A stretch of 64,000 nt of DNA from an uncultured Candidatus Saccharibacteria bacterium (GTDB lineage: Bacteria; Patescibacteriota; Saccharimonadia; Saccharimonadales; CAYVSP01): contig CAZOZI010000001.1 in the NCBI GenBank assembly GCA_964584265.1, positions 1,623 to 65,622 on the forward strand, in the 5' to 3' direction. This document shows, one piece after another, positions 10,475-20,008 of the stretch. The notes beneath the pieces are model-generated. The model did not search any database, had not been told where the DNA came from, and saw nothing but the letters and a program-made list of their open reading frames with translations. The first letter of the stretch is position 1; the number at the start of each line of letters is the position of its first letter. A program made the position numbers and the translations under genes.

Positions 10475-10768
10475 ATGGCGGAGTTATCGCATAAAGACAT
10501 CTTAAAATTGGCTAGACTAGCTCGGCTTCATCTGACCGATGAGGAAGTTGAAAGGTTCCAGTCAGAAATTAGCGCAATCTTGGGTTATGTTGAGCAACTT
10601 CAACAAGCTGATACAAAAGGTTTGCAACCGACTTATCAAGTTACAGGACTAAAAAATGTAATGCGACCTGATGAAATAAAAGACTATGGTCCGAAACCAA
10701 AAGATTTGCTCAAGAATGCGCCAGCTACAGAAGAAGGACATTTTAAGGTTAAAAGGATATTTGCGTGA
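10475..10768 (+). CDS. gatC: Asp/Glu-tRNA amidotransferase subunit C
   Basis: 97 aa. Typical GatC (LARLARLHLTDEEVERFQSEISAILGYVEQL). Overlaps gatA start. Confidence 0.85.
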   Translation: MAELSHKDILKLARLARLHLTDEEVERFQSEISAILGYVEQLQQADTKGLQPTYQVTGLKNVMRPDEIKDYGPKPKDLLKNAPATEEGHFKVKRIFA

Positions 10769-12189
10769 GCCAGTGGCCTGCTATTGCTGTAATTGCCAAA
10801 GAGGTTCAAAGCGGGAAGCTCAAAGCGACTGATCTTGTTGACAAAGCGCATAAAACTATCGACCAGAAAAAAGAGTTTAATGCAGTTCTAGCCACCATTA
10901 AGGAGCGCGCCCAAACCCGCGCCAAACAAATCGATGATAGTGTGACAAAAGGCCAAAGCGCTGGTCGCTTAGCCGGCGTCCCTTTCATTGCCAAAGACAA
11001 TTTCTTGACGTTCGGTAGCGAGACAACCGCGGCTAGTAATATTCTTAAAGGGTTTGAGGCGCCTTATCAGGCGACTGCGATAGAAAGCCTCGAAGCTGAA
11101 GGAGCCATCTGTGTGGGTAAGGCAAATCTTGATGCCTTTGGTCATGGAGGTAGTACTGAAAATAGTGACTTCATAATAACAAAGCATCCATTAGATAAAA
11201 CACGCGTTCCTGGCGGTTCTTCAGGCGGGTCAGCGGCTGCCGTTATTCTTGGCATAGTACCGTTTGCTCTTGGTACTGATACAGGCGGTTCGATTCGCCA
11301 ACCAGCTGCTTTCAGTGGTGCTGTGGGTTATAAACCAACCTATGGCTTAGTATCACGCAGTGGCATTGTAGCAATGGCCAGCAGTACTGATACAGTCGGC
11401 CCGCTTGCATGTTCGGTTGAGGATGCCGCATTGGTACTTGATGTCATGGCTGGCAAGGATGCGCTTGATAGCACTACCATTGATCGCGACAAGCTAGCAT
11501 ACATAAACTTGGACGAAGATCTCAAAGGAAAAAAAATCGGAGTTATAGAGGAGTATTTTGTTAAAGGGCTTGATAGTGGAGTAAGGAAACAAATCGAGGC
11601 AACGATAGAAAAGTTGCGCCACGCTGGCGCAAACGTAAAGATGGTAAATCTTCCGTCCTTACCATTAGCATTGGCTTCTTACTACATCATAATGCCAGCC
11701 GAAGTGAGCAGTAATTTGAGTCGGTATGATGGACAGCATTACGGTTTTACTCATCCAGATGCATCGACACTTGAAGAAAGCTACAGCTGGTCCAGAAGCG
11801 AGGGGTTTGGCATAGAAGCAAAGCGCCGAATTATGATTGGTACATATGTTCTGTCTAGTGGCTACTACGACGCCTATTACAAAAAGGCCCAAACAGTGCG
11901 TACCAAACTTATTCATGAATTTAATGCAGCATTAGACCAAGTGGATTTTCTAGTCGGTCCAGTAGCGCCGACAACTGCGTTTAAAATTAGTGAGAACATA
12001 CATGATCCTTTGCAAATGTATCTACAAGATATAATGACCGTCGCTCCTAGTCTGGCTGGAATTCCGGCAGTCAGTCTGCCGGCTGGGATGCATAATGGCT
12101 TACCGGTCGGCATTCAATTGATGGCTCGTCGTGGCGACGATCGAAAGCTGCTTGGTCTGGCCAAGTCTACAGAGGAGTTGCTAATATGA
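10765..12189 (+). CDS. gatA: Asp/Glu-tRNA amidotransferase subunit A (amidase signature)
   Basis: Amidase signature GGSSGGSAAAV...GTDTGGSIRQPA. 474 aa. Confidence 0.92.
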   Translation: MSQWPAIAVIAKEVQSGKLKATDLVDKAHKTIDQKKEFNAVLATIKERAQTRAKQIDDSVTKGQSAGRLAGVPFIAKDNFLTFGSETTAASNILKGFEAPYQATAIESLEAEGAICVGKANLDAFGHGGSTENSDFIITKHPLDKTRVPGGSSGGSAAAVILGIVPFALGTDTGGSIRQPAAFSGAVGYKPTYGLVSRSGIVAMASSTDTVGPLACSVEDAALVLDVMAGKDALDSTTIDRDKLAYINLDEDLKGKKIGVIEEYFVKGLDSGVRKQIEATIEKLRHAGANVKMVNLPSLPLALASYYIIMPAEVSSNLSRYDGQHYGFTHPDASTLEESYSWSRSEGFGIEAKRRIMIGTYVLSSGYYDAYYKKAQTVRTKLIHEFNAALDQVDFLVGPVAPTTAFKISENIHDPLQMYLQDIMTVAPSLAGIPAVSLPAGMHNGLPVGIQLMARRGDDRKLLGLAKSTEELLI

Positions 12190-12617
12190 ATCAACTAACG
12201 ATAGTTGAATTCGCAGGCTTGGGTCTGCTAGCCCTTCTGCTATTGTTCCTATTACTCCGTCGTGTACCACGTCGTCCAAAGCAACGCTACTTTGTGGCTC
12301 ATTGGAAAGAGCTGCAAGCTTATTGCAAGGACAAAACAACTTGGCCAAGAGCAATCAGTGAAGCTGACAAATTGCTAGACAAAGCACTCAAGAAACGTCG
12401 CTTCGTGGGCAAGAGTATGGGTGAACGTCTCGTATCAGCACAGCACAGCTTAAGTCAAAATGATGGCGTATGGTATGCACATAATTTATGTAAGAAAATT
12501 TTAGCCAATCCGGCTGCTAAACTAAGGGAGACTGACGTAAAGCGTGCTTTAGTTGCTTTCCGCTTGGCACTGCGTGATATTGGTGCACTTCCCCACGAAG
12601 AGGAGATTGAAAAGTGA
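12186..12617 (+). CDS. hypothetical membrane-anchored protein inserted between gatA and gatB
   Basis: 143-aa ORF, ATG overlapping the gatA stop and ending on the gatB GTG start. N-terminal TM helix (LGLLALLLLFLLLRR) followed by a basic/helical domain. Confidence 0.55.
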   Translation: MNQLTIVEFAGLGLLALLLLFLLLRRVPRRPKQRYFVAHWKELQAYCKDKTTWPRAISEADKLLDKALKKRRFVGKSMGERLVSAQHSLSQNDGVWYAHNLCKKILANPAAKLRETDVKRALVAFRLALRDIGALPHEEEIEK

Positions 12618-14086
12618 GTGCAGTCGATACAAAAAAGACCTATGTACCCACCATCGGCATTGAGTGTCATGTGCAGCTTAAGACCAAGACTAAATTATTT
12701 TCTACTGTTGCCAACGATTCCCGACAGGCTTTGCCTAATACACTAATTAGCCACATTGATCTAGGTATGCCAGGTGCCTTGCCTGTTCTGAACGAAAAAG
12801 CGGTTGAATATGCTGTGCGAGTGGCTTTTGCCTTAAATACTCACCCGCAAATGCATAGTTTTTTTGAGAGGAAGCACTACTTTTATCCAGACTTGCCTAA
12901 GGGCTATCAAATCACACAACTGAGCCAGCCGATTATTGTAGGTGGCTACGTTGAGCTCGATGAAGGAAAGCAAAAGGTCCACCTCAATCGTGTACAACTA
13001 GAAGAAGACGCCGGCAAAAATATACATCCTGCCGGCAAAGACTATAGTCTGGTTGACTTGAATAGGGCTGGCACACCGCTGCTTGAAATTGTTTCAGAAC
13101 CCGATATGCACAGCGCGCACGAGGCTAAAGCTTACGTGCGTGAACTCTACTTGCTGATGAAATACGCTGGTGTCTCTGACGCAGATTTATACCATGGCAA
13201 TATGCGTTTTGATGTTAATGTCAGCGTCAGTAAAGACACACAAAAACTTGGCATACGCACTGAAACAAAAAACCTTAATTCGTTTAGGAGTGTTGAAAAA
13301 GCAGTTGAATTTGAAATTAAGCGTCAAATTGAAGAACTTGAAAAAGGTCGTGAGATTATCCAGGAAACGCGCGGTTGGGATGATGCCAAGCAAAAAACGC
13401 TATCTCAACGGGGTAAGGAAGAAGCACATGACTATCGTTACATGCCAGAGCCAGATATTCCACCACTTGAACTAGATAGCACCTTTGTGAAAAAAATTCA
13501 AAACGATATGCCGGTGATGCCTAATGAATGGCGTTCAAGGCTTGAGGGTTTGGGTTTATCAGAAAACAACATTGAAACACTTATGGAAGCTGAAGTTGAT
13601 AACGAGTCGCGTAACTATTTGTCGCTTATTGAAGCTGCTATGTCTGACAAATCACAAGCAGTTAGCTTAGCCAACTGGTTTGTTAATATAGAAATTCCGC
13701 TCCAACGAGATGGTAAAGCAAGTAACGCACTTACCAACATCCGTCGTGCTGAGTTGTATCAGGATGTATATTCATTGCTTAAGGAAGACAAACTAAGTGC
13801 CACCAATGCTAAATCGCTAATTCACGAGCTGCTAACTTCAGGCTTAGACCCAGATAATGTGGCGTTGTTCGCTAAAGACCAAGGCTACCTTCAGGTATCG
13901 GACGAAGCAGCCATTGAACAGATTGTTAAGGACGTCATAGCTGAGTATCCGCAGGCAGTCGAAGATGTGCGCAAAGGCGAAATGAAAGCCGTTGGCTTTT
14001 TAGTCGGACAAGTTATGAAGGCCAGCCAAGGCGCGGCTAATCCGCAGCTTGCCCAGAAACTCCTCAAAAAACAGCTTGGTGTATAA
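12614..14086 (+). CDS. gatB: Asp/Glu-tRNA amidotransferase subunit B
   Basis: N-terminus PTIGIECHVQL. 490 aa with C-terminal GatB/YqeY domain. Confidence 0.92.
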   Translation: MSAVDTKKTYVPTIGIECHVQLKTKTKLFSTVANDSRQALPNTLISHIDLGMPGALPVLNEKAVEYAVRVAFALNTHPQMHSFFERKHYFYPDLPKGYQITQLSQPIIVGGYVELDEGKQKVHLNRVQLEEDAGKNIHPAGKDYSLVDLNRAGTPLLEIVSEPDMHSAHEAKAYVRELYLLMKYAGVSDADLYHGNMRFDVNVSVSKDTQKLGIRTETKNLNSFRSVEKAVEFEIKRQIEELEKGREIIQETRGWDDAKQKTLSQRGKEEAHDYRYMPEPDIPPLELDSTFVKKIQNDMPVMPNEWRSRLEGLGLSENNIETLMEAEVDNESRNYLSLIEAAMSDKSQAVSLANWFVNIEIPLQRDGKASNALTNIRRAELYQDVYSLLKEDKLSATNAKSLIHELLTSGLDPDNVALFAKDQGYLQVSDEAAIEQIVKDVIAEYPQAVEDVRKGEMKAVGFLVGQVMKASQGAANPQLAQKLLKKQLGV

Positions 14087-14094
14087 TCAGAACA

Positions 14095-14361
14095 ATGGAT
14101 AGTGAGACAATTTTGGTGATAATCCTTTCCTGCACTCTAGCGGTGTTTCTTGTTGTTGGTATCATAGCGCTGTTAAAAACCATAAAAGTTCTTAACACCA
14201 TGCAGCGAATCGCTGATAAGGCGGAGCGCTTTGCAGAGAGCGCAGAAGCAGTTGGTGAGTTCTTTAAAAAAACCAGCGGTACGTTTGCAATTACTAAACT
14301 GCTCTCAAATATTACGGATTATGTTAAACGAAAGGGTAAGGAGGAAAAGAGTCGTGGCTAA
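14095..14361 (+). CDS. DUF948-like small membrane protein
   Basis: 88 aa. N-terminal TM helix then coiled segment. Sits immediately upstream of a YtxH-like gene, as in the Firmicutes DUF948/YtxH pair. Confidence 0.5.
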   Translation: MDSETILVIILSCTLAVFLVVGIIALLKTIKVLNTMQRIADKAERFAESAEAVGEFFKKTSGTFAITKLLSNITDYVKRKGKEEKSRG

Positions 14362-14773
14362 GAATACGAAAAAATGGGCACTTGGGGCCTTGCTAGCTGG
14401 TTTAGGCGGTTACGTGGCCGGTATACTCACTGCTCCCAAAAGTGGCAAAGAGACGCGTAAAGATATTGGTCAAGCGGCCAATAAGGCTAAGGCTGATGCC
14501 GAGCGTACACTCAAACAGCTCCATAGCGATTTAGATATTTTAATCGAAAAAGGCAGACAACAAGCCAAAAACATGCAGACGGCCGCTAAAGAACAGCTCA
14601 CCAAGCTTCTAGATAATGCTCAAAAGGCCAAGGAGAAAGCGCGCGTTTTACTGTCGGCTTTGCATGAAGGCGACACGGATGACAAGGATCTGAAAAAGGC
14701 AATCAACGAAGTTAACCAAGCACTTGAACACCTAAAGGACTATCTAAAAAAAGAGGGCACGACCACCAAATAA
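14354..14773 (+). CDS. YtxH-domain protein
   Basis: GTG start preceded by AAGGAGG. WALGALLAGLGGYVAGILTAPKSGKETRKD is the YtxH signature. Helical K/A/E-rich tail. Confidence 0.6.
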   Translation: MAKNTKKWALGALLAGLGGYVAGILTAPKSGKETRKDIGQAANKAKADAERTLKQLHSDLDILIEKGRQQAKNMQTAAKEQLTKLLDNAQKAKEKARVLLSALHEGDTDDKDLKKAINEVNQALEHLKDYLKKEGTTTK

Positions 14774-14828
14774 GGCTAATTGCAGCGAAAACAGCAGCAA
14801 GCTCTATACGCTATAATAAACACACATC

Positions 14829-17800
14829 ATGACGGAGGGAAAAGAAAAAAAGACAAAGCTATCTAGTAGTGACTTTGTGCATCTGCACAATCATACACAA
14901 TATAGTCTACTTGATGGGTTGACCAAAATACCTGAGCTAATGGACGCAGTCCAAGCTATGGGCATGCATAGCGTCGCCATTACGGATCATGGGACACTGT
15001 CAGGTCTAATTGAATTTTATAAAGAAGCCAACGCACGATCAATCAAGCCAATTCTCGGTCTTGAGGCATATATGGCTGTACGCAGTTTCAGCGATAAAGA
15101 TCCAACCAAAGATAAAAATAACTTCCACCTAACCCTGCTGGCTATGAATCAACAAGGCTATCAAAACCTGATGAGGCTGAGCACAATAGCTAATTTAGAG
15201 GGCTTCTATTATAGACCACGTATTGACCATACTCTTTTGAAGAAGTACAGCGAAGGGTTAATTGTTTTGAGCGGCTGCATTGGCAGTGAAGTTGGTGATG
15301 CTCTAAGGCAAGCACAGTATGAGGCAGCCAAAAAAATAGCTCAGTGGTACAAAAGTGTATTTGGTGATCGCTACTATCTAGAAGTCCAGGATCATGGCCA
15401 CCCCAGCCACCCGACTTATTGGAAAGAGCAAGAAGCAGTCAACCAGCAGTTACTTCAATTAGCTAAAGAATTAGATATCGCTTGTGTTGTCACTTGCGAT
15501 GCGCACTATCTGCGTCGTGATGATCAAGAAGCTCATGAAGTTCTCTTATGCGTTCAAACTGGTTCATTTTTAAGTGACGAGGGACGCATGAGTCTTAAAG
15601 ATCTTACATTGCATGTAACTGATCCCAAAGAGGTTATTAAACGGTGGGGCAAGGAAAATCCAGAGCTTATCACTAACACTCACGTGATTGCTGAGCGTTG
15701 TGAAATTAAATTAGAGCTTGGCAGAATCCTTATCCCGAAATTTCCAGTACCACAAGGCCAAACCGAGCGGTCACATCTGGAATTATTGACATACCAGGGT
15801 CTCGCTTGGCGTTACGGCGGCATGGCAGAGAGCAAAGCAAAAAAACTTACTAAAGAAGCGGCAAAAAAAACATTATCAGATGAGGTAAGAGAGAGGGCGG
15901 AATATGAATTAGGCGTTATTGAGCAAATGGGTTTTTGTGGTTATTTCTTAATTATTGCCGACTTTATCAACTGGGGAAAGAATAAAGGCATTGTGTTTGG
16001 GCCGGGACGTGGCTCGGCGGCTGGTTCAATTATTTCTTATGCCCTTAAAATAACTGAACTTGATCCCTTGGCTTATGATTTGCTGTTCGAGCGCTTCTTA
16101 AATCCAGATCGCATTTCTATGCCGGATATCGATATTGATATTCAAGATTCAAGGCGTGATGAAGTGATCCAATATTGCGTGGACAAGTATGGAACTGATC
16201 GAGTAGCCAACATTGTGACGTTTGGCCGTATGGCTGCTCGAAACGCGGTCCGTGATGTAGCTAGGGTGCTACAAGTACCCTATGCTGAAGCTGACAAGCT
16301 AGCCAAAATGTTGCCTCAGCCTGTCCAGGGCCGTCATATACCTCTCTCACAATCTTTGAAACAAGATAGAGATCTCAAAGAGGAATATCGTACTAACGAG
16401 TCGGCCAGACGAGTCTTTGATCTGGCCATACAGCTAGAGGGTACCATCAGAAGTCATGGCGTGCATGCTGCTGGTGTGGTTATTGCACCGGATGAAATTG
16501 TAAAGTTCACACCTCTTGAAATGGCTCAAAAAGGTGTCGTCGCAACCCAATACTCCATGGGACCAATTGAAGATCTTGGTCTACTCAAGATGGACTTTTT
16601 GGGGCTTTCTAACCTGACTATTATTAAAAATGCATTACGCATTATCCGTAAAGTCTACGATAAGCAAATAGTCATTGACCAAATCCCGCTTGACGACGCC
16701 AAGACCTATGAACTATTCCAGCACGGAGACACAACAGGTGTTTTCCAGTTCGAATCGGCAGGCATGAAGCGCTACCTTAAAGAGCTCCAGCCCACCGAAT
16801 TTAATGATCTAATCGCTATGAATGCCCTGTATCGTCCTGGACCAATGCAATGGATAGAGGAGTTTATCGCTCGTAAAAACGGCAAGCGTACTATTACTTA
16901 TTTGGATGAAGTTATGCGTCCGGCCTTAGAGCCAACCTATGGCATCATGGTTTACCAAGAACAGGTTATGCAAATTGCTAAAGACATGTGTGGATTTAGT
17001 GGCGGACAGGCTGACACGTTGCGCAAAGCGATTGGAAAGAAAAAACGCGATGTTATGGCCAAGCTGAAGCAAGAATTCATTACTGGCGCAACAAAGACGT
17101 CTGGTGTAAAAGTAGCGGTCGTAGAGAAGCTATGGGCCGAGCTGGAGAAATTTGCAGACTACGCTTTCCCGAAAGCCCACTCATCATGTTATGCCACCGT
17201 AGCGTATTGGACAGCTTACCTTAAAGCAAATTATCCACCTGCTTTTATGGCAGCGCTTATGACCAGTGATTTTGATAACACAGATCGTTTAGCCATTGAA
17301 ATCAATGAATGCAAGCATATGGGCATAGAAGTATTGCCACCTGATGTAAATGAGTCGTTTGTTGAATTCGCTGTGCTAGCTAAGAGCAAACAAATACGTT
17401 TTGGCTTAGCGGCTATCAAGAATGTTGGCACTGCTGCTGTCGAAGAGATTTTGCGAGCTCGCGATATAGACCACGAGTTTGCCAATTTAGAGGATTTTTT
17501 CGCTAAAGTGAATGCTAGAATCGTAAATCGGAAAACAATTGAGAGCTTAATTAAAGCTGGTGCTCTGGATAGTTTTGGCAAACGTACTAAGCTACTATCC
17601 AACCTCGATGCGTTGTTGGCATATGCTAGCCGGGTTCAAAAGGCTAAAGTTGCAGGGCAGACTGACTTGTTTGGCGATGATGTTAATACCAAGACAATGC
17701 ATGCTTCACTTCATTTAGAAAATAGTGATATTGAAATCAATGCCGCAGAGCTACTGCGTTGGGAACGCGATCTCCTTGGTATTTATTTGTCGCAACACCC

Positions 17801-18467
17801 GCTTGATCAATTTGAGACATTGCTGGGGGAGCAAACAGTACCGCTCAATGAACTGCAGCCAAGTCAAGAAGGCAAACGTGTGACAGTTGGCGGAGCAGTT
17901 ACAGATGTGCGAGAAGTTACTACTAAACGAGGCCAAAAGATGGCATTCGTTAAACTAGCCGATAAATTTGGTGAAATTGAGCTCATTTTATTCCCTGGCA
18001 ACTATCAGCAACAAGATATCTGGGAAAGGGATCGTATTATTATCGCCACAGGGAAAATAACTTCACGTGATCGAAATGGTGCTGCTTTAGGAGAAGTGAA
18101 GATTCTGGTTGATGATGCCCATGAAGTTAACTTAAATGAAGCCAGCGGTGAACAATTAATGGCGACTTCGTCCAAAGCTGTAAAAGGCCCGGGGGCTAAA
18201 GTATTGTATAAATCGACCCCGACTAACAGATATAACAACGTACCAACACGAGTTTACTTGCGGCTAATGAGTGGTGAGGATCAAGAACTGCTACTTTCGT
18301 TAAAGCAAACTATTGATGATTACCAAGGAGATACTGAAGTAGTGCTGGTGCTTGGCGAGGATAGTAATAAGCAGGTTATCAAGCTGCCAATGCGTATCAA
18401 TAGTGCGCCGCGAGTGCTTGGTGAGCTACAAAGTCTCTTAGGTGAAGCAAACGTTAAAGCAGCCTAA
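14829..18467 (+). CDS. dnaE: DNA polymerase III alpha subunit
   Basis: 1212 aa. PHP domain HLHNHTQYSLLDG, Pol III alpha fingers/palm motifs, OB fold. Confidence 0.95.
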   Translation: MTEGKEKKTKLSSSDFVHLHNHTQYSLLDGLTKIPELMDAVQAMGMHSVAITDHGTLSGLIEFYKEANARSIKPILGLEAYMAVRSFSDKDPTKDKNNFHLTLLAMNQQGYQNLMRLSTIANLEGFYYRPRIDHTLLKKYSEGLIVLSGCIGSEVGDALRQAQYEAAKKIAQWYKSVFGDRYYLEVQDHGHPSHPTYWKEQEAVNQQLLQLAKELDIACVVTCDAHYLRRDDQEAHEVLLCVQTGSFLSDEGRMSLKDLTLHVTDPKEVIKRWGKENPELITNTHVIAERCEIKLELGRILIPKFPVPQGQTERSHLELLTYQGLAWRYGGMAESKAKKLTKEAAKKTLSDEVRERAEYELGVIEQMGFCGYFLIIADFINWGKNKGIVFGPGRGSAAGSIISYALKITELDPLAYDLLFERFLNPDRISMPDIDIDIQDSRRDEVIQYCVDKYGTDRVANIVTFGRMAARNAVRDVARVLQVPYAEADKLAKMLPQPVQGRHIPLSQSLKQDRDLKEEYRTNESARRVFDLAIQLEGTIRSHGVHAAGVVIAPDEIVKFTPLEMAQKGVVATQYSMGPIEDLGLLKMDFLGLSNLTIIKNALRIIRKVYDKQIVIDQIPLDDAKTYELFQHGDTTGVFQFESAGMKRYLKELQPTEFNDLIAMNALYRPGPMQWIEEFIARKNGKRTITYLDEVMRPALEPTYGIMVYQEQVMQIAKDMCGFSGGQADTLRKAIGKKKRDVMAKLKQEFITGATKTSGVKVAVVEKLWAELEKFADYAFPKAHSSCYATVAYWTAYLKANYPPAFMAALMTSDFDNTDRLAIEINECKHMGIEVLPPDVNESFVEFAVLAKSKQIRFGLAAIKNVGTAAVEEILRARDIDHEFANLEDFFAKVNARIVNRKTIESLIKAGALDSFGKRTKLLSNLDALLAYASRVQKAKVAGQTDLFGDDVNTKTMHASLHLENSDIEINAAELLRWERDLLGIYLSQHPLDQFETLLGEQTVPLNELQPSQEGKRVTVGGAVTDVREVTTKRGQKMAFVKLADKFGEIELILFPGNYQQQDIWERDRIIIATGKITSRDRNGAALGEVKILVDDAHEVNLNEASGEQLMATSSKAVKGPGAKVLYKSTPTNRYNNVPTRVYLRLMSGEDQELLLSLKQTIDDYQGDTEVVLVLGEDSNKQVIKLPMRINSAPRVLGELQSLLGEANVKAA

Positions 18468-19453
18468 CGGATTGTGCCAGCAGCCTGCACCAAAAGTATA
18501 CAGAGTCCCAAAAAACTAATTAAAGTTACGTCAAATAGTGGGTGATGAAGCGCAAACCGCTCACCGTTTTTAAATACCCGACGCAAGCGCAAGCTGTGGC
18601 GCAGTAGAAGAGTACCCAAGCCCACTACACCAACTAAAACTACTAAACTATTTATCCAAGGCATCTTGCCCTTCGTAATTAACTGTGAGTAGGTGACTGG
18701 TTGAGTTTTAGGTTCGGCTTTTGTTTTTGTGTCGCTGGTTGGTGCTGACGAAGTGGTTGGGCTCTCAGTTGTTTTCGCTGGTGTTGTCTCACTTGCTGGT
18801 TGTGGCTCAACCTTTGTTACTTTCTGTTGAGGAGCTACCGCTTGGATAGGGGGGGCACTTGTAGCTGCGCTCAATACCTGGGGTTGGGCGTACATAGCTA
18901 CCACAATAGTTTCTTCACCTTGAGTTTGATAATTACTAGCGTTAGCAATTCCAAAACCAACCTCACTGAACACACCATTAAGCAGGTTTTCGCGATGCGC
19001 TGGACTGTTCATCCAGCCGGTTATGGTGTCACTGCTGGTGTCAAATCCGTAGGCTAAATTCTCTCCAGCTTTCTGATAATGGTATCCGGTGTTGTCAATA
19101 AAGATCCAGGGCGGATTGCCTTCCGGAGTGTTGTGCGACCAATAATTACGTGCAGCCATATCATTGGCTTTGGCTTGTGCGGCACTTGTGAGTTTGTTGT
19201 TGATCGCGAGACCGCTTACGTGGTTAGCTAGCCTCTGTTGGTTAGTATCCTGTAGTAGTCCTGGGGTTGATATATTAGTAGCGTATGACAACACACCACG
19301 ATGTACGGCATGTAAACTGAAGCTTACAAAGAAAATTGCTCCTAATATGGACAGCAAAGGCATATATGGCCAATACGTCTTTAAGAAGTGTGATGTGTGT
19401 TTTTGATGGTGGCCGTAGCGTTTTTTGTGATGCGGCGGACTGCTCGTCGCCAT
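18464..19453 (-). CDS. CAP/SCP/PR-1 domain membrane protein with Thr/Pro-rich linker
   Basis: YWSHNTPEG...GENLAYGF...GWMNSPAHRENLL matches the CAP domain. N-terminal TM, T/P/S-rich linker and C-terminal TM anchors. Confidence 0.7.
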   Translation of the reverse strand: MATSSPPHHKKRYGHHQKHTSHFLKTYWPYMPLLSILGAIFFVSFSLHAVHRGVLSYATNISTPGLLQDTNQQRLANHVSGLAINNKLTSAAQAKANDMAARNYWSHNTPEGNPPWIFIDNTGYHYQKAGENLAYGFDTSSDTITGWMNSPAHRENLLNGVFSEVGFGIANASNYQTQGEETIVVAMYAQPQVLSAATSAPPIQAVAPQQKVTKVEPQPASETTPAKTTESPTTSSAPTSDTKTKAEPKTQPVTYSQLITKGKMPWINSLVVLVGVVGLGTLLLRHSLRLRRVFKNGERFALHHPLFDVTLISFLGLCILLVQAAGTIR

Positions 19454-19474
19454 AATGCAATATATTATACCTTG

Positions 19475-19975
19475 TTAGGCGATAAAGCGCACATGGTAAA
19501 GTGCCATGGCGGCTGCTTGTGCTACGTTGAAGGACTCCTTTTTGCCGATCATTGGGATTTCAACCACTTTGTCGACAATCCGCAAGATTGCTAGCTCAAT
19601 TCCTTCGACCTCACGGCCGACGAGCAATGCTACGTTAGATGGTGGATGATAGTTGGGCAAAGGCTGCGACTGCTTGGTCTGCTCGAGTGCACATAGCTGG
19701 AAGCCATCATCTTTAAGATGACTAATGAGTGTTTGCACGCTTTCGTAGTGTTCCCATTGCATAGTCTTTTCAGCGCCCAGAGCAGTCTTATGAATCTGAC
19801 GTTCAATTTTAGCAGCAGTGTGAGGTAATCTAGTGTCCTTTGGGTGACTTGGGTAGGGCGTGTAGCCAGTAAGGTAGACTGTGCCTACGCCCAGGCCTTC
19901 AGCAGTGCGTAGCAGCGAGCCGACGTTATGGCAACTCCGGATATTATGAGCGATAAGGACAATTCGGCGATTCAT
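19475..19975 (-). CDS. SpoU/TrmH-family RNA 2'-O-methyltransferase (TrmL-like, 166 aa)
   Basis: HNIRSCHNVGSLLRTAEGLGV...LLVGREVEGIEL...NVAQAAAMALY SPOUT motifs. Confidence 0.8.
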   Translation of the reverse strand: MNRRIVLIAHNIRSCHNVGSLLRTAEGLGVGTVYLTGYTPYPSHPKDTRLPHTAAKIERQIHKTALGAEKTMQWEHYESVQTLISHLKDDGFQLCALEQTKQSQPLPNYHPPSNVALLVGREVEGIELAILRIVDKVVEIPMIGKKESFNVAQAAAMALYHVRFIA

Positions 19976-20008
19976 AATTAATCTCTCTTATGCTTAAATA
20001 GTGGACGT

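Noticed and set aside
10002-10505. 167-aa plus-strand ORF
   Set aside because: Antisense to the 376-aa minus-strand gene, and it would run through the gatC promoter. Low-complexity translation.
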